Virus record (IMG/VR): IMGVR_UViG_3300032080_000001
Location: 1 to 64,000 of that record
DNA length: 64,000 nucleotides
Strand: one strand, 5' to 3'
Source: a virus
The notes beneath the pieces were generated by a model. The model ran no database searches. It was not told the DNA's origin and worked only from the letters and a program-made list of their open reading frames with translations. The translations under genes were made by a program, and so were the position numbers. This document shows, piece by piece, positions 27,885 to 38,518 of this stretch (its first letter is position 1; each line of letters opens with the position of its first letter).

Positions 27885-29642
27885 ATGCCCCTCATCCGCT
27901 ACACTGCGAAGGACTTCGACGCCCTCAAGTCCGCAATGCTCGCGCAGCTTCCCGTCCTTGCCCCGGCGTGGACGAACCTGAACGAGGGCGAACTCGGCAT
28001 GGCGCTCCTGAACCTGCTCGCAGGGAGTGGGGACATGCTCGGGTACTACATCGACCGGTTGCAGGACGAGATGTACCTGCCGACCGCCACCCTGCGGGAG
28101 TCGGTGATGAAGCTGACGCGGCTCATCGACTACAAGCTCTCGCGTCCGGTCGCGGCGAAGACGGTGCTGCGCTTCTCGCTGCCTTCGGCGGCCGGGGCGA
28201 GCCTCGTCATCCCCGCGTACACCCAGGCGCGGACGGCCGACGGAGCGGTTTTCACCACGAAGGCAGCGGCAACGCTCTTCGCCGGGACCACCTTCGTGGA
28301 CGTGGAGGCGTACCAGGGCGAATTCGTGTCGGATACGTTCACTGGCAACGGCGCGGACGTGCAGACGTTCTTGCTGGCGAAGAACAACGTCGCGCAGAAC
28401 TTCCTCGACGTGTTCGTCAGCAACGTGCTCTGGACCGAGGACAACTCCACGGTCAGCCCGAAGGAGACGAGCGTGTACGAGGTGCAGACGGACGTGAACG
28501 AGAACGCCGTCCTGCGCTTTTCCCGCTTCATGGGGGACGTGCCCTCGCAGAACGCCACCGTCCAGGTGAATTACATCAGCACACGTGGCGCGGCCGGTAA
28601 CATCGGCGCGGGGCTGGTCACGACCCTGGTCAGCACCATTTCGGGCGGGCAGAACCTCGCCGTCACGAACACGACCGTGGCCTCGGGCGGCAAGGACCGA
28701 GAGACGCTGGACGAGGCGCGGGTGAATGCCCCGCGCCAGCTCCGTACGCTCAATCGGGCCGTGACGCTCCAGGACTACGTGGACCTGCTGGAGACCTTCC
28801 CGAAGGTCGCGAAGGCCCAGGCCATCAACCACAACGGCTACGTGGAGTGCTACGTGGCTCCGGACGACGGTGCGAGCCTGTTCATTCCGTCGTACAACGG
28901 GTTCACCCTGAACGGCAACGTGAACGGCGGCACGCTCGCGCCTGGGCTGCTCGTGTACGTGCAGGTGACGGTGAAGGACGCCAACGGCGGCGAGACGACG
29001 ACGTGGGAGTACAACCCCGCCGACCGGGCTGTTCTTACGAAGTACAAGTCCTTCACGACCGGGGGCTCCGGCACGGCCAGCATCACCGTGAACCGGGGCA
29101 CGCTCCCGGCGGGCGCCACGGCGTGGCGGGTGTACGTCGGCACCAGCCCGACGACGATGCGCCTGGCCACCGAGAGTTCGTTGGTGCTTAGCGCGTACAA
29201 CATCACGGCACTCCCCGCCGGGACGCAGCCGCTGGCTCCGACCGTCAACACGACGGGCGTGCGCGCGGAGTCGGGTGCCGTCTCGCTGCGGCAGGCAGCG
29301 GAGTCGTTTCTGGAGGACCGGAGGGCCATCGGGACGAACTTCGCCCTGTTCAACCCGACGTACGTGCCGGTCAACGTGACGGCGACCATCACGGTCTACT
29401 CGAACTTCTCGCAGGTGGCCGTGAAGGGCGCTGTGCAGGAGGCGCTGGCGGACTTGTTCTCCTTCGATTCGCAGCGATTCGAGGAGGACGTGACGCTCGC
29501 CTCGCTCTACATGGCCATTATGGGCGTCGAGGGCGTTCGTACTGTCGCGTTCACCGCGCCCTCCGGTGACGTGGCCATCGCGAACGGGCAGCTTGCTACA
29601 TTGGGTACGGTCGCGCTCACGATGCAGGGAGGGGTAGTGTAA
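27885..29642 (+). CDS. baseplate J-like (T4 gp6-like) protein
   Basis: YTAKDFD, RGAAGNI, GGKDRET and RAVTLQDY motifs. Confidence 0.9.
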   Translation: MPLIRYTAKDFDALKSAMLAQLPVLAPAWTNLNEGELGMALLNLLAGSGDMLGYYIDRLQDEMYLPTATLRESVMKLTRLIDYKLSRPVAAKTVLRFSLPSAAGASLVIPAYTQARTADGAVFTTKAAATLFAGTTFVDVEAYQGEFVSDTFTGNGADVQTFLLAKNNVAQNFLDVFVSNVLWTEDNSTVSPKETSVYEVQTDVNENAVLRFSRFMGDVPSQNATVQVNYISTRGAAGNIGAGLVTTLVSTISGGQNLAVTNTTVASGGKDRETLDEARVNAPRQLRTLNRAVTLQDYVDLLETFPKVAKAQAINHNGYVECYVAPDDGASLFIPSYNGFTLNGNVNGGTLAPGLLVYVQVTVKDANGGETTTWEYNPADRAVLTKYKSFTTGGSGTASITVNRGTLPAGATAWRVYVGTSPTTMRLATESSLVLSAYNITALPAGTQPLAPTVNTTGVRAESGAVSLRQAAESFLEDRRAIGTNFALFNPTYVPVNVTATITVYSNFSQVAVKGAVQEALADLFSFDSQRFEEDVTLASLYMAIMGVEGVRTVAFTAPSGDVAIANGQLATLGTVALTMQGGVV

Positions 29643-30646
29643 TGTCGGACGGCTTTGACACGGCGGGGGAACTCCCTCCGGAGGAGCCGCCCCCGGAGTT
29701 GGGCGACGGTGACCCGGCCGGTGGAGGCAGTGAGGTTGGGGCTTTTGACCCCACCCCCCCGCCAGGGTACCTGCTCGCCAAGGTAAAGGGTCTCCTTCCC
29801 GGCTACACCGTACGGACGGCCCTGGGCGGTCCCTCGCCGGTGACGGCCGACGCGCTGGGCGTGGCCTCGGTGCAGCTGCCCACAGGGGCGGAGGAGGACC
29901 TGACAGTGTGGAGCACGACAGGCGACCCGGCGGGGACCGTGCATGCCGTCGCGGGTGCCACGGTCGTTTACGCCACCCTGATGGCGGACTGGATGTACTC
30001 CCGCCTGCCGGACATGCTGCGCGCCCGCGACGAGGTGGCCGGGTCGCCGCTGCGGCAGCTGGTGCGGGTCCTCGGGTTCGGAATGCAGGACGTGCGGGAC
30101 CTGGCCGACACGGCGGTGGACTTCATTGACGTGGACACCTGTCCGGCGGACCAGCTACCCCTGCTTGGGAACCTGCTCGGATTTGAGTTCCCCTACGACC
30201 TCGCGGAGGACATGCAGCGGAACTTCGTACGAAGCATCGTGAGCATGTACCGCATCAAGGGGACGCCGCTCGCACTCAAGTTCGTGGTGAACCGCCTCAT
30301 CGCGGGGAAGGGCTTCAAGCTCGACATCGTGAACGAGGACGTGGTCGGCAAGACGTTCGACCTGAGTCTAACGGCCGAGGACGGGGCGGAGTCTTCCGAC
30401 GCGCTCCAGAGCAAGATTACCTACCTGGTCGGGCTGTACTCCCCCGCCGGGATGGTCCCTCGCGTGGTAGTGGTCTACTACTACGACGAACAGGTGGACA
30501 GCACGCGGCGCTCCGACGCCACCCACACGACCGTCGAGTACACCCGGTGGGGGTTCAACCTGGCCGGGCACACGTTCAACACGCGGAAGAGCAGCGGCTC
30601 GGTCGTGTCCTTCAACAACCTCGGGCAGCAGACACTCTCCATTTAG
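29642..30646 (+). CDS. baseplate wedge / tail protein I-like
   Basis: DVDTCPADQLPLLG...YRIKGT motif after baseplate J. Confidence 0.75.
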   Translation: MSDGFDTAGELPPEEPPPELGDGDPAGGGSEVGAFDPTPPPGYLLAKVKGLLPGYTVRTALGGPSPVTADALGVASVQLPTGAEEDLTVWSTTGDPAGTVHAVAGATVVYATLMADWMYSRLPDMLRARDEVAGSPLRQLVRVLGFGMQDVRDLADTAVDFIDVDTCPADQLPLLGNLLGFEFPYDLAEDMQRNFVRSIVSMYRIKGTPLALKFVVNRLIAGKGFKLDIVNEDVVGKTFDLSLTAEDGAESSDALQSKITYLVGLYSPAGMVPRVVVVYYYDEQVDSTRRSDATHTTVEYTRWGFNLAGHTFNTRKSSGSVVSFNNLGQQTLSI

Positions 30647-30674
30647 CTGCTTCCTGTGACCCGTACGACCTTGG

Positions 30675-30701
30675 CGGGGCTGGACTAACCAGCCCCGTTT
30701 T
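30675..30701 (+). terminator. intrinsic terminator
   Basis: CGGGGCTGG-ACTAA-CCAGCCCCG-TTTT. Confidence 0.7.
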
Positions 30702-30755
30702 CGTATCTTACAGGTAAGCTACAGGTACTGTACCCCTCAGCACACGGCGACTACG

Positions 30756-31322
30756 ATGCGCGGTGATTGGCAAGATTTTGCGGTGCACCCGGACGGGCGA
30801 CGGGAACTCGTGGACGAGGGCCAGAACCTCATCCTGAACTCGGCCTACGTCCTCATGGCCCTGGCAATGACGCAGGACGCGTCCGTCTCGGGGCTACTGT
30901 GGTGGGCCGTGGGGGACGGCAACCTCGGCGCCACGACGGGCGAGACGACGACCTGGGATGCCGGGGTCGCCAGCGGCACCATCAAGCCCGCCGCCACCGA
31001 CACGCAGCTGCTCCGTGAGACATTCCGGAAGGCTATTCAGCCCTCGGATATCGTTTTCGTGGACGACGCGGGCAACGTGAGCGTGGCCCCGACGAACCGA
31101 CTGCGCATCAAGGTGACGCTGGACTACAACGAGCCCGTGGGCGGCGGAAAGCTGCGCGAGTGGTCGCTGTTCGGAGGCTCCACGGCGGCCTTGAGCGCCA
31201 GCAACCCGAAGCCGGTCAGCAGCGCCGCGAACAGCGGTTACGCGGTGAACCGCAAGGTCCACAAGACGTACGACAAGCTCACCTCCGTGCAGCTTGAGCG
31301 TCAGTTGATTCTCACATTTTGA
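30756..31322 (+). CDS. tail fibre collar / attachment protein
   Basis: NLILNS...AVGDG...DTQL..E..RK...LRE..LFGG pattern. Confidence 0.6.
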   Translation: MRGDWQDFAVHPDGRRELVDEGQNLILNSAYVLMALAMTQDASVSGLLWWAVGDGNLGATTGETTTWDAGVASGTIKPAATDTQLLRETFRKAIQPSDIVFVDDAGNVSVAPTNRLRIKVTLDYNEPVGGGKLREWSLFGGSTAALSASNPKPVSSAANSGYAVNRKVHKTYDKLTSVQLERQLILTF

Positions 31323-31326
31323 CGCG

Positions 31327-31864
31327 ATGAATACGCCTGGCGTTTACCGCATTCAGAACGTCCTGACCGGGGGCGTCTACATCGGTTCGACCGCTCGGTC
31401 GATACGGAAGCGGCTGTGGGAGCACCGGAGAAAGCTGGAGTTGGGTGGACATGTTAACCCGAAGCTACAGGCAGCGTGGAACAAATACGGCGCGGACGCT
31501 TTCGTGTTTGAACCGCTGGTGGCGCTCGCTCCGGAAGAGACTCGGGAGTTTGAGCAGCGTGCTCTCGACCACTTCGCAAGCTCGGGCCGCAGCTACAACC
31601 TGGCGAGGGACGCGCGGGGAGCAATGAAGGGTCGGCGGCACTCTGCTAAGACGAAGGAGCAGCTTTCGCGCGCGCAGTGGCAAGCCGCTCTCGGAAGAAC
31701 ACCGGCGGTCCATCAGCAAGGGCGGTCAAGGCTTGAAACGTTCCGACGCGACGAAAGAACGGATTCGACAGGCGCGTCTTGGAAAGAAGCACTCGCTTGA
31801 AACACGCGAGAAAATCAAGGAAGGTCTACGGCAACGCCGAGCCTCCACTACTTTGACCTTCTAA
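31327..31864 (+). pseudogene. GIY-YIG homing endonuclease with NUMOD3-like repeats, frameshifted
   Basis: GVYRI...VYIGS...R..EH N-terminus; the repeats continue in another frame after the CG run at 31667-31675, to TAA 31862-31864. Confidence 0.75.
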
Positions 31865-31874
31865 GGGGTCGCGC

Positions 31875-33911
31875 ATGGCCAACATCTCCAAGGATACCTT
31901 CAACGCCGCTAACGGCTACCAGAAGGTCATCTTCACTCAGCAGGGCGCGCTCCTCGACTTCGACTTCAACGAGGCGCAGGACATCATCCGCGAGCGCGTG
32001 CAGGCCGTCGTCAGCCAGCTGGCGGATGGCGTGTCCGTGCTCGGCTCTGCGGGTCGGGTTACCCCGGCCGTCTCCGCGCTCGCCCGTATGGTGGACGTGG
32101 CGGCGGGCGTGGCGTTCAACGGCGGCGTCGTCGTCCGCATCCCCGCGACGACCAACCTACAGGTCTTCGACAACGCCACCACGTCGGGCAGCGCGAGCAG
32201 CCTCGTGTACGTCGAGTGGTGGGACGCCGAGGTGGACTACACCGGAGACGCGAACCTCAAGCCGACTGATACGGGCCTCGGCAACGGCCACGCGCGCCTC
32301 AAGCGGACCGTCCAGGTGAAGGCCAACGTCGGCTCGACCGCGCTCCCGACCCCGGTGGCCGGGCACAACGTGTTCGCCCTGGCGACCGTTACTCACAACT
32401 TCACCACCAACGGTACGGTGGTCCTGGCCTCCGACGTGGCGCAGAGCCCCTACGGCGTCACGCCGGGAGAGCTGGCGGGTTACGGCGCCGCGCGCACGCT
32501 GCGGCTCGTCTCGAATGGCCCGGCCAACGGCGTGGCGCACGAGCGCGACACCCGCGCGACGTACACGTCGGGCAAGCTGCTGAGTCTTAAGAACGCCGGA
32601 GTGGAGAAGGCGTTCCTGGACTTCGCGGGCGCCCTCACGCTGCTCGGCGGGCTGACGGCGACCACCGGCACGTTCAGCAGCAACGTCAGTATTACCGGCA
32701 ACTTGACCATCTCCGGCACCGTGGACGGCGTGGACGTATCCGCGCACGCGCACGACGGGACGACGGTAGGCGGGCCGAAGGTTGCGCACGCTAACCTCAC
32801 CGGGTTGGCGGTCGGGGATGACCATGCGCAGTACGTGCACATCAGCACCGCGCGCACCGTCAGCGCCGTGCACACGCTCAACCCGGCCGTAGCCGGGGCG
32901 CCGTTTCTCCTGGGGGCCAACGCTCAGGGGCAGTTGGTGGTGGGGCTGAACGCAGACAAGCTGGATGGGTACGACGGGTCTCAGCTCGCCGCACTCGCGG
33001 AGGCCGAGACCGTCACCGGGTCGTGGACGTTCAATGCGAACGTGCTGGCCCCGGCGGGCGTCACCTTCGACGGGGTGGACCTGTCGGCCGTCAAGGACGG
33101 GAGCACCGGCATCGACCACGCGAAGCTGACCGGACTGACCGGGACCGACCACCACACGCAGTACGTGCACATCTCGACGGCCCGAACCATCGCGGCCGTG
33201 CACACGTTCAACCCGGCGGTTGCCGGGGCTCCCTTCCTCCTGGGCGCCAACGCGTCCGGGCAGCTGGTCACGGGGCTGAACGCCGAGAGGCTGGGCGGGC
33301 AAACGCTCGCCAACCTGGACGCGCGCTACCTGGCGCTCGCGGGAGGGACAGTCACGGGAGTGACCTCGTTCTCCGCGCAGACCAACGTGAAGGGCGACCT
33401 GTCCCTGTTCCTCACGGGGGACACGCAGGCGCGCCTCTACATTCGGTCGTCGGACGGCTCGCTCGCGTGGGGGCAGGGTGGCTCGACTACCCAGGACACG
33501 ACGCTCGCGCGCTCGGGAGCTTCCGCCCTGACGCTGACCGGGCATCTGTCGGTGACGGGTCGCCTGCGGTCGCCTGGCAACTTCTTGGACAGCGCGACGG
33601 CCAACGCTGCCATCTCGGCCACGGGCAGCATCCCGGTGGCGAACGTCGGCAAGCGGGCACTGGTGGTTCGCCTGAACGTTGACCCCGGCGCGTACAGCGG
33701 CAACTACGACGTGTACGTGTACGCGGACAACAACACCACGTCCACGTCCCTCGCGAAGTGGCAGGGGCAGACGGGCGTGCTTACGGACCCCATCCCGTGG
33801 CACTTCCGCAACGACCGGTCGGACGAGACGCTGTACGTCCAGGTGGTGAAGGCGACCACGGGGACCGCGCACACCTTCACGGTGACGCTGTCCGCCGAGC
33901 GGTTCGCGTAA
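31875..33911 (+). CDS. tail fibre protein
   Basis: QQGALLDFDFNEAQD baseplate-anchor-type N-terminus; internal duplication 110 aa apart with HxQY and NAD.LDG motifs. Confidence 0.75.
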   Translation: MANISKDTFNAANGYQKVIFTQQGALLDFDFNEAQDIIRERVQAVVSQLADGVSVLGSAGRVTPAVSALARMVDVAAGVAFNGGVVVRIPATTNLQVFDNATTSGSASSLVYVEWWDAEVDYTGDANLKPTDTGLGNGHARLKRTVQVKANVGSTALPTPVAGHNVFALATVTHNFTTNGTVVLASDVAQSPYGVTPGELAGYGAARTLRLVSNGPANGVAHERDTRATYTSGKLLSLKNAGVEKAFLDFAGALTLLGGLTATTGTFSSNVSITGNLTISGTVDGVDVSAHAHDGTTVGGPKVAHANLTGLAVGDDHAQYVHISTARTVSAVHTLNPAVAGAPFLLGANAQGQLVVGLNADKLDGYDGSQLAALAEAETVTGSWTFNANVLAPAGVTFDGVDLSAVKDGSTGIDHAKLTGLTGTDHHTQYVHISTARTIAAVHTFNPAVAGAPFLLGANASGQLVTGLNAERLGGQTLANLDARYLALAGGTVTGVTSFSAQTNVKGDLSLFLTGDTQARLYIRSSDGSLAWGQGGSTTQDTTLARSGASALTLTGHLSVTGRLRSPGNFLDSATANAAISATGSIPVANVGKRALVVRLNVDPGAYSGNYDVYVYADNNTTSTSLAKWQGQTGVLTDPIPWHFRNDRSDETLYVQVVKATTGTAHTFTVTLSAERFA

Positions 33912-33945
33912 TCTTTCGTCCCTCGCTACCGGTAGAGTAACGGTA

Positions 33946-36900
33946 ATGCCCATCGTCAGTGGTGTCATCGTCATCGGCACGCCCTGGCTCCAGAGCCGGA
34001 CACGCGGCGTCGTCATCGCGGAAGTACTGTCGCGCTTTTATCCGCGCTACGCGCCGGTGCCTCCGGCCGGGCCGCCCGTTTCACCCTCGGCGGCTACGGC
34101 GGCCGAAGAGCAGGCTATCGACCTGGCGTGGTCGAACGGGGCGGCGCTTCCGAGCGTGACGGAGATTTGGGTCTCGAACGACGGGGTGGGCGGCTGGGCG
34201 CTACTCGCCACCGTGCCGCTCGCGCAGACCACGTACAAGCACTTCACCGGCGCGTTCAACGTCACCCGGTTCTACCGGTTCCGGCACGTCAACGTGACCG
34301 ACAACTCGGCGTACACGGCGGTCGTCTCGGCCACGTCGCAGGTGGACCTGCCGGGAGGGGCGCCGTCGAGCTTGGCCGCCACGGTGCCGACGACACGTCC
34401 GGCGGGGGAGACCACGGCCACCGTGAGCTGGGCCAACAGCGACGCCACGGCGGCGACGCGGATTTATCGGCGTCCGGTCGGCGGCACGTTCGCCCTCGTG
34501 AACACCGCCGCTCCGACCGCCGCGTCGTGGCTGGACAGCGGGCTTGTCCCGAACACGGCTTACGAGTGGCAGGCCGTTCACGAGAAGAGCGGCGTACTGT
34601 CCTCGCTCTCGAACATCGCCAGCGCCACAACGCTGGTGGACGGGCCCGACGCGGACCCCACCAGCCTGGTCGCGACGGGCGGGACCGGCGTGGCGGGGCA
34701 GGGCAAGAACAACCTCACCTGGACCAACGGTGACGCGACGGCGCTGACGTACATCTACGCGGCGACGGCTTCGGGGGGCACCCTCTCACTGGTTGGCACG
34801 GTCGGGACAGGGGTATCGTCCTTCACGCACGCGGTGGGCGCGTTCGCGGCGGTGCGGTACTACAAGGTACGCCACTTCAAGAACGGCGTCTACTCGGTCA
34901 ACTACTCGAACGAGTCGAGCGCCACGTCGGGGCAAGACATCCCCGATGCCGACCCGACCGGGCTGGCCGTGGTTGTGCCCGCGCGGCCGACCGGCGAGAC
35001 GCAGCTGGTGCTGAACTGGACCAACGGCGATGCTACGGCGCAGACCCGCATCTACCGGGGCGGCGCGCTGCTCACGACGGTGGCGGCCGGGGTGGTCACG
35101 TTCACGGACACGGGGCGCACGCCCAACACGGCGTACTCGTACCAGGTTGAGCACCTCAAAAACTCCGTGGCGAGCGGGCGCACGGCGGCGGTGAGCGGCA
35201 CGACCCTCGTGGACGGCCCTGACGCGCCGCCGACCAGCCTCACGGCCGGAAACCCCGGCGCGGGCCAGGTGAACTTGACCTGGACCAACGGCGACGCGAC
35301 GGCGGCCACGGAGGTGTACCGCACCGTCAACGGGGTCGATACCCTGGTCGCTACGGTTGCGGCGGGCGTGGCGGCGTACATCGACGCGCCCGGCGGTAAC
35401 ACGGTTGTCGCCTACAAGGTGCGACACATGAAGAACGCCGTCGTCTCGGCGTACTCGAACTCGGCCAGCCTGACGACGCTCGCCGCGCCGGGAGCGCCGA
35501 CACTCTCCAGCGTCACCGCGCAGCCGGGGCAGTTCACGCTCGCGTGGACGAACAGCGACCCGGCGGCCACCCCGGTGGTCTTCCGCTCTGCGGACGGCAG
35601 CACGTTCACCGAAGTGGCCGCCCTCGCGGCGGCGACGGCGGGGTACACCGACAACGGCGCCTACGCCGAGCTGACGGTGCGCTACTTCAAGGTGGCCGCG
35701 CGTAAGAACGGCTTCGACGTGTTCTCGGGCACCTTGAGCGCGACGACCCCGGACATCCCCAACGCTCCGCCGACTGCGCTGGCCGGGGCGAACAACGGGG
35801 CGGGCAACGTCACGCTCACCTGGACCAACGGCGACGCGACGGCGGCCACGGAGGTGCTGCGGGCGGGCACCGTCATCGCGACGGTGGCGCCGGGGACGGC
35901 GGTGTACGCGTACAACCAGGGCGCGAACGCCACCTACAGCTACACCGTGCGGCACGCGAAGAACGGGTACACCTCGGCGCAGTCGAACGCGGCCAGCATC
36001 ACGACGGGTAAGCAGCCCGCCGGGGCGCCGACGCTGACGGGCGTGACCGGGGGTGACGGGCGCTTCGACCTCGCCTGGACGAATGCGGACGTGTACTCGC
36101 AGGTCGAAGTGTACGGCGCATTCAATAGCGGGTCTTACTCGCTCTTGACGACGCTGGCTGCGGGCACGGCGAGTTACGCGCTCACCGGGCGGCCGAAGGA
36201 CCAGCAGGGGCAGTTCTACCTGCGGCACAAGAACGACGGGTACGCTTCCGCGAACTCGGCGTCCTTGACGGCCTACACGAACAACCCGCCGGTGGCCGCG
36301 TCCGGCCTCGTCGTGCAGAACGTGGCGTGGAACTACGGCGAAGCCCGGTGGACGGTAAACGACACCGGAGCCGACACCAGCATGGGGCTGTACTACCGCG
36401 TGCAGGGTGCGGGTCCGTGGTCGGCGGTGGCTTCGTGGGGTCTCGACAGCGCGGCCGTGGGCTCCGTGTTCAACGTGGCGCTCCCGGCACTCATGCCGCA
36501 GACCACTTACGAGGTGCTGGTTGAGCTGTACCGGCGAGACCGGGGCGGGCGGGACTGGTGGGTGGATTCGTCGGTCGTGGCGTTCACGACGCCCCAGCTT
36601 CCCGTGCCGTCCACGGTGTCGTCGTCGTACCTCGGGGCGGACAATAACGCGCGGGGAGGCGACTACGCGTTTTCCTGGACGCGGGGCGCGACAGGCGTCG
36701 TCACGGAGTGGGCCCTCACGCGCCCTTCGGACGGCGCGTGGCTCGCCAACGGCGAGTGGCCGCTCGACGCCACCGGCGGGGAGGCCGACGCGAACATCGG
36801 GCCCAACACGGCCATCACCGCGTGGGTTCGGCACCGCAAGGCATGGGGCGGCACGACGGTGTACTCGGCGTGGTTGTCGGTGTTCTCCGGCACTACGCCC

Positions 36901-37863
36901 GGCGACAACCTGAGTGGCGTGAGCGCGGGCGGCGGCACGGTCAACAACGTGCGGTTCCTGCGGAACAACGCGACGACCCTGTGGTTCCTGTGGGACGAGG
37001 CAGGCAACTCTCAGCCCGACAACAACGCCTACGACTGGGAGATTTACTACCCGAGCGGGGCGCTGCACTCCTCCGGGTACGAGGGGCGGACGGGCGCGAC
37101 GTGGTTCCACTTCGCCAGCGAGACGCAGACCGGTGTGTGGATGGGACGCGTCCGGTGGCGGGTGAACGGGTACGTCGGGCCGTGGCAGTCGGCCACGTTC
37201 AACAACGGCACGCCGGTGCCGACCCTACAGGTGTTCGATGTGTCCGCCTGTATGGGGGATGTGCCGCAGTACATGGCCCGCATCGTGTGGACGGCCACCG
37301 ACGTGGAGACGGAGGTGCAGCTCTACAACACGAGCACTGGCGCGTGGGGCACGCTGTACCCGCCGGAGCCCAAGGGCGCGAACGGGCTGTACCACGTCGG
37401 CGTCACGGAAGAGCCCACGCACATCCTCGCGGGGCCGGGCACCGTGACCTACCGCGCACGGCACCTTAAGAACGGGTCTTACTCGGCCTGGTCTGCGAGC
37501 GCCAGCGCGACTATCGGTACGCTGAACTGCAACGTTCCGCCGAGCGCTCCGCCCAGCGGGCTGACGGCGACGAACACCTCGGTGTGTTCGGGGACGACCC
37601 CGGTCTACCGGGCGGTGCTGAACTGGACCAACGGGGATACGACGGCGCAGACGCGGGTCTATCGAGGGTCCACGCTTGTCACCACGGCAGTGGCGGGCGG
37701 GGCGACGTACACGGTTAACAATGCGCCGACCGGCACCTACACCTACACCGTCCGGCACTACAAGAACGGCGTGGAGTCCACCGGGTCGAGCTACACACTG
37801 ACGGTAGGGGCGATGGACTGCTCCTCCACCGGCGGAGGTGGCGGGAGTTCGCAGTTCCAGTAA
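33946..37863 (+). CDS. large fibronectin type III repeat virion protein
   Basis: repeated P..L....L.WTNGDATA.T..YR...Y.Y.VRH.KN...S..S modules. Confidence 0.8.
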   Translation: MPIVSGVIVIGTPWLQSRTRGVVIAEVLSRFYPRYAPVPPAGPPVSPSAATAAEEQAIDLAWSNGAALPSVTEIWVSNDGVGGWALLATVPLAQTTYKHFTGAFNVTRFYRFRHVNVTDNSAYTAVVSATSQVDLPGGAPSSLAATVPTTRPAGETTATVSWANSDATAATRIYRRPVGGTFALVNTAAPTAASWLDSGLVPNTAYEWQAVHEKSGVLSSLSNIASATTLVDGPDADPTSLVATGGTGVAGQGKNNLTWTNGDATALTYIYAATASGGTLSLVGTVGTGVSSFTHAVGAFAAVRYYKVRHFKNGVYSVNYSNESSATSGQDIPDADPTGLAVVVPARPTGETQLVLNWTNGDATAQTRIYRGGALLTTVAAGVVTFTDTGRTPNTAYSYQVEHLKNSVASGRTAAVSGTTLVDGPDAPPTSLTAGNPGAGQVNLTWTNGDATAATEVYRTVNGVDTLVATVAAGVAAYIDAPGGNTVVAYKVRHMKNAVVSAYSNSASLTTLAAPGAPTLSSVTAQPGQFTLAWTNSDPAATPVVFRSADGSTFTEVAALAAATAGYTDNGAYAELTVRYFKVAARKNGFDVFSGTLSATTPDIPNAPPTALAGANNGAGNVTLTWTNGDATAATEVLRAGTVIATVAPGTAVYAYNQGANATYSYTVRHAKNGYTSAQSNAASITTGKQPAGAPTLTGVTGGDGRFDLAWTNADVYSQVEVYGAFNSGSYSLLTTLAAGTASYALTGRPKDQQGQFYLRHKNDGYASANSASLTAYTNNPPVAASGLVVQNVAWNYGEARWTVNDTGADTSMGLYYRVQGAGPWSAVASWGLDSAAVGSVFNVALPALMPQTTYEVLVELYRRDRGGRDWWVDSSVVAFTTPQLPVPSTVSSSYLGADNNARGGDYAFSWTRGATGVVTEWALTRPSDGAWLANGEWPLDATGGEADANIGPNTAITAWVRHRKAWGGTTVYSAWLSVFSGTTPGDNLSGVSAGGGTVNNVRFLRNNATTLWFLWDEAGNSQPDNNAYDWEIYYPSGALHSSGYEGRTGATWFHFASETQTGVWMGRVRWRVNGYVGPWQSATFNNGTPVPTLQVFDVSACMGDVPQYMARIVWTATDVETEVQLYNTSTGAWGTLYPPEPKGANGLYHVGVTEEPTHILAGPGTVTYRARHLKNGSYSAWSASASATIGTLNCNVPPSAPPSGLTATNTSVCSGTTPVYRAVLNWTNGDTTAQTRVYRGSTLVTTAVAGGATYTVNNAPTGTYTYTVRHYKNGVESTGSSYTLTVGAMDCSSTGGGGGSSQFQ

Positions 37864-37933
37864 GCAGCACCGTGCGCCGCCCGACATCAGGGCGGCGCCC
37901 TTCTTCATCACCAGCTACAGGTAAGTTACCGGT

Positions 37934-38518
37934 ATGCAGGATATTACGGCACTCAAGGCACTCATTCCGGCCCTGGCGGGCCTTCCGGCGCGCCCGAAGC
38001 GCGTCGTGCTTCACTGGACGGGCGGCGGTCCCACGGCCAACGACATCGACAAGGCGCACTACCACTTCATCGTCAACCGCGATGGCACGGTGGTGCGGGG
38101 AGCGCACACGGTCGCGCAGAACATGAAGCAGTTGTCCGCGCGCGACAGCTACGCCGGGCACACCGGCGGCTTCAACAGCTTCTCCATCGGCGTCTCGTTC
38201 GCGGGGATGGCGGACTCGGGGCCGGTGACGGCGAAGCACCCGAAGGGGGTGTTCGGGCCGTACCCACTGACCGAGGCGCAGGTGCGGGCGGGCCTCATCT
38301 TCGTGGCGCTACTCTGCAAGACCTACGGGCTCGACCCGAAGAACGTGAACCATGTCTTCACCCACTACGAGGCGTGGACGGTGCACAAGGTCAAGGGGCA
38401 GATGAACGACCAGAAGTTCGACATCACCATGCTCCAGTTCATGCCGTCGCTGGGCAAGGACCAGGTCGGGCCCTGGCTGCGGGAGAACGCCGCGCTGCAC
38501 CTCAAAGAGCTTGCGTAG
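37934..38518 (+). CDS. endolysin, N-acetylmuramoyl-L-alanine amidase
   Basis: VVLHWTGG, YHFIV..DG, HT...NS.SIGV and TH...D Amidase_2 motifs. Confidence 0.85.
   Translation: MQDITALKALIPALAGLPARPKRVVLHWTGGGPTANDIDKAHYHFIVNRDGTVVRGAHTVAQNMKQLSARDSYAGHTGGFNSFSIGVSFAGMADSGPVTAKHPKGVFGPYPLTEAQVRAGLIFVALLCKTYGLDPKNVNHVFTHYEAWTVHKVKGQMNDQKFDITMLQFMPSLGKDQVGPWLRENAALHLKELA

Noticed and set aside
14746-30646. Extracellular contractile injection system, tailocin or T6SS
   Set aside because: Contiguous with terminase, portal, capsid and replication genes, so it is a true phage tail
31323-31874. Group I intron around the GIY-YIG gene
   Set aside because: Flanking genes look complete, and only a few bases flank the ORF, leaving no room for intron core elements
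31875-37863. Diversity-generating retroelement acting on the fibre repeats
   Set aside because: No reverse transcriptase in the window; repeat differences are not adenine-specific and both copies are coding
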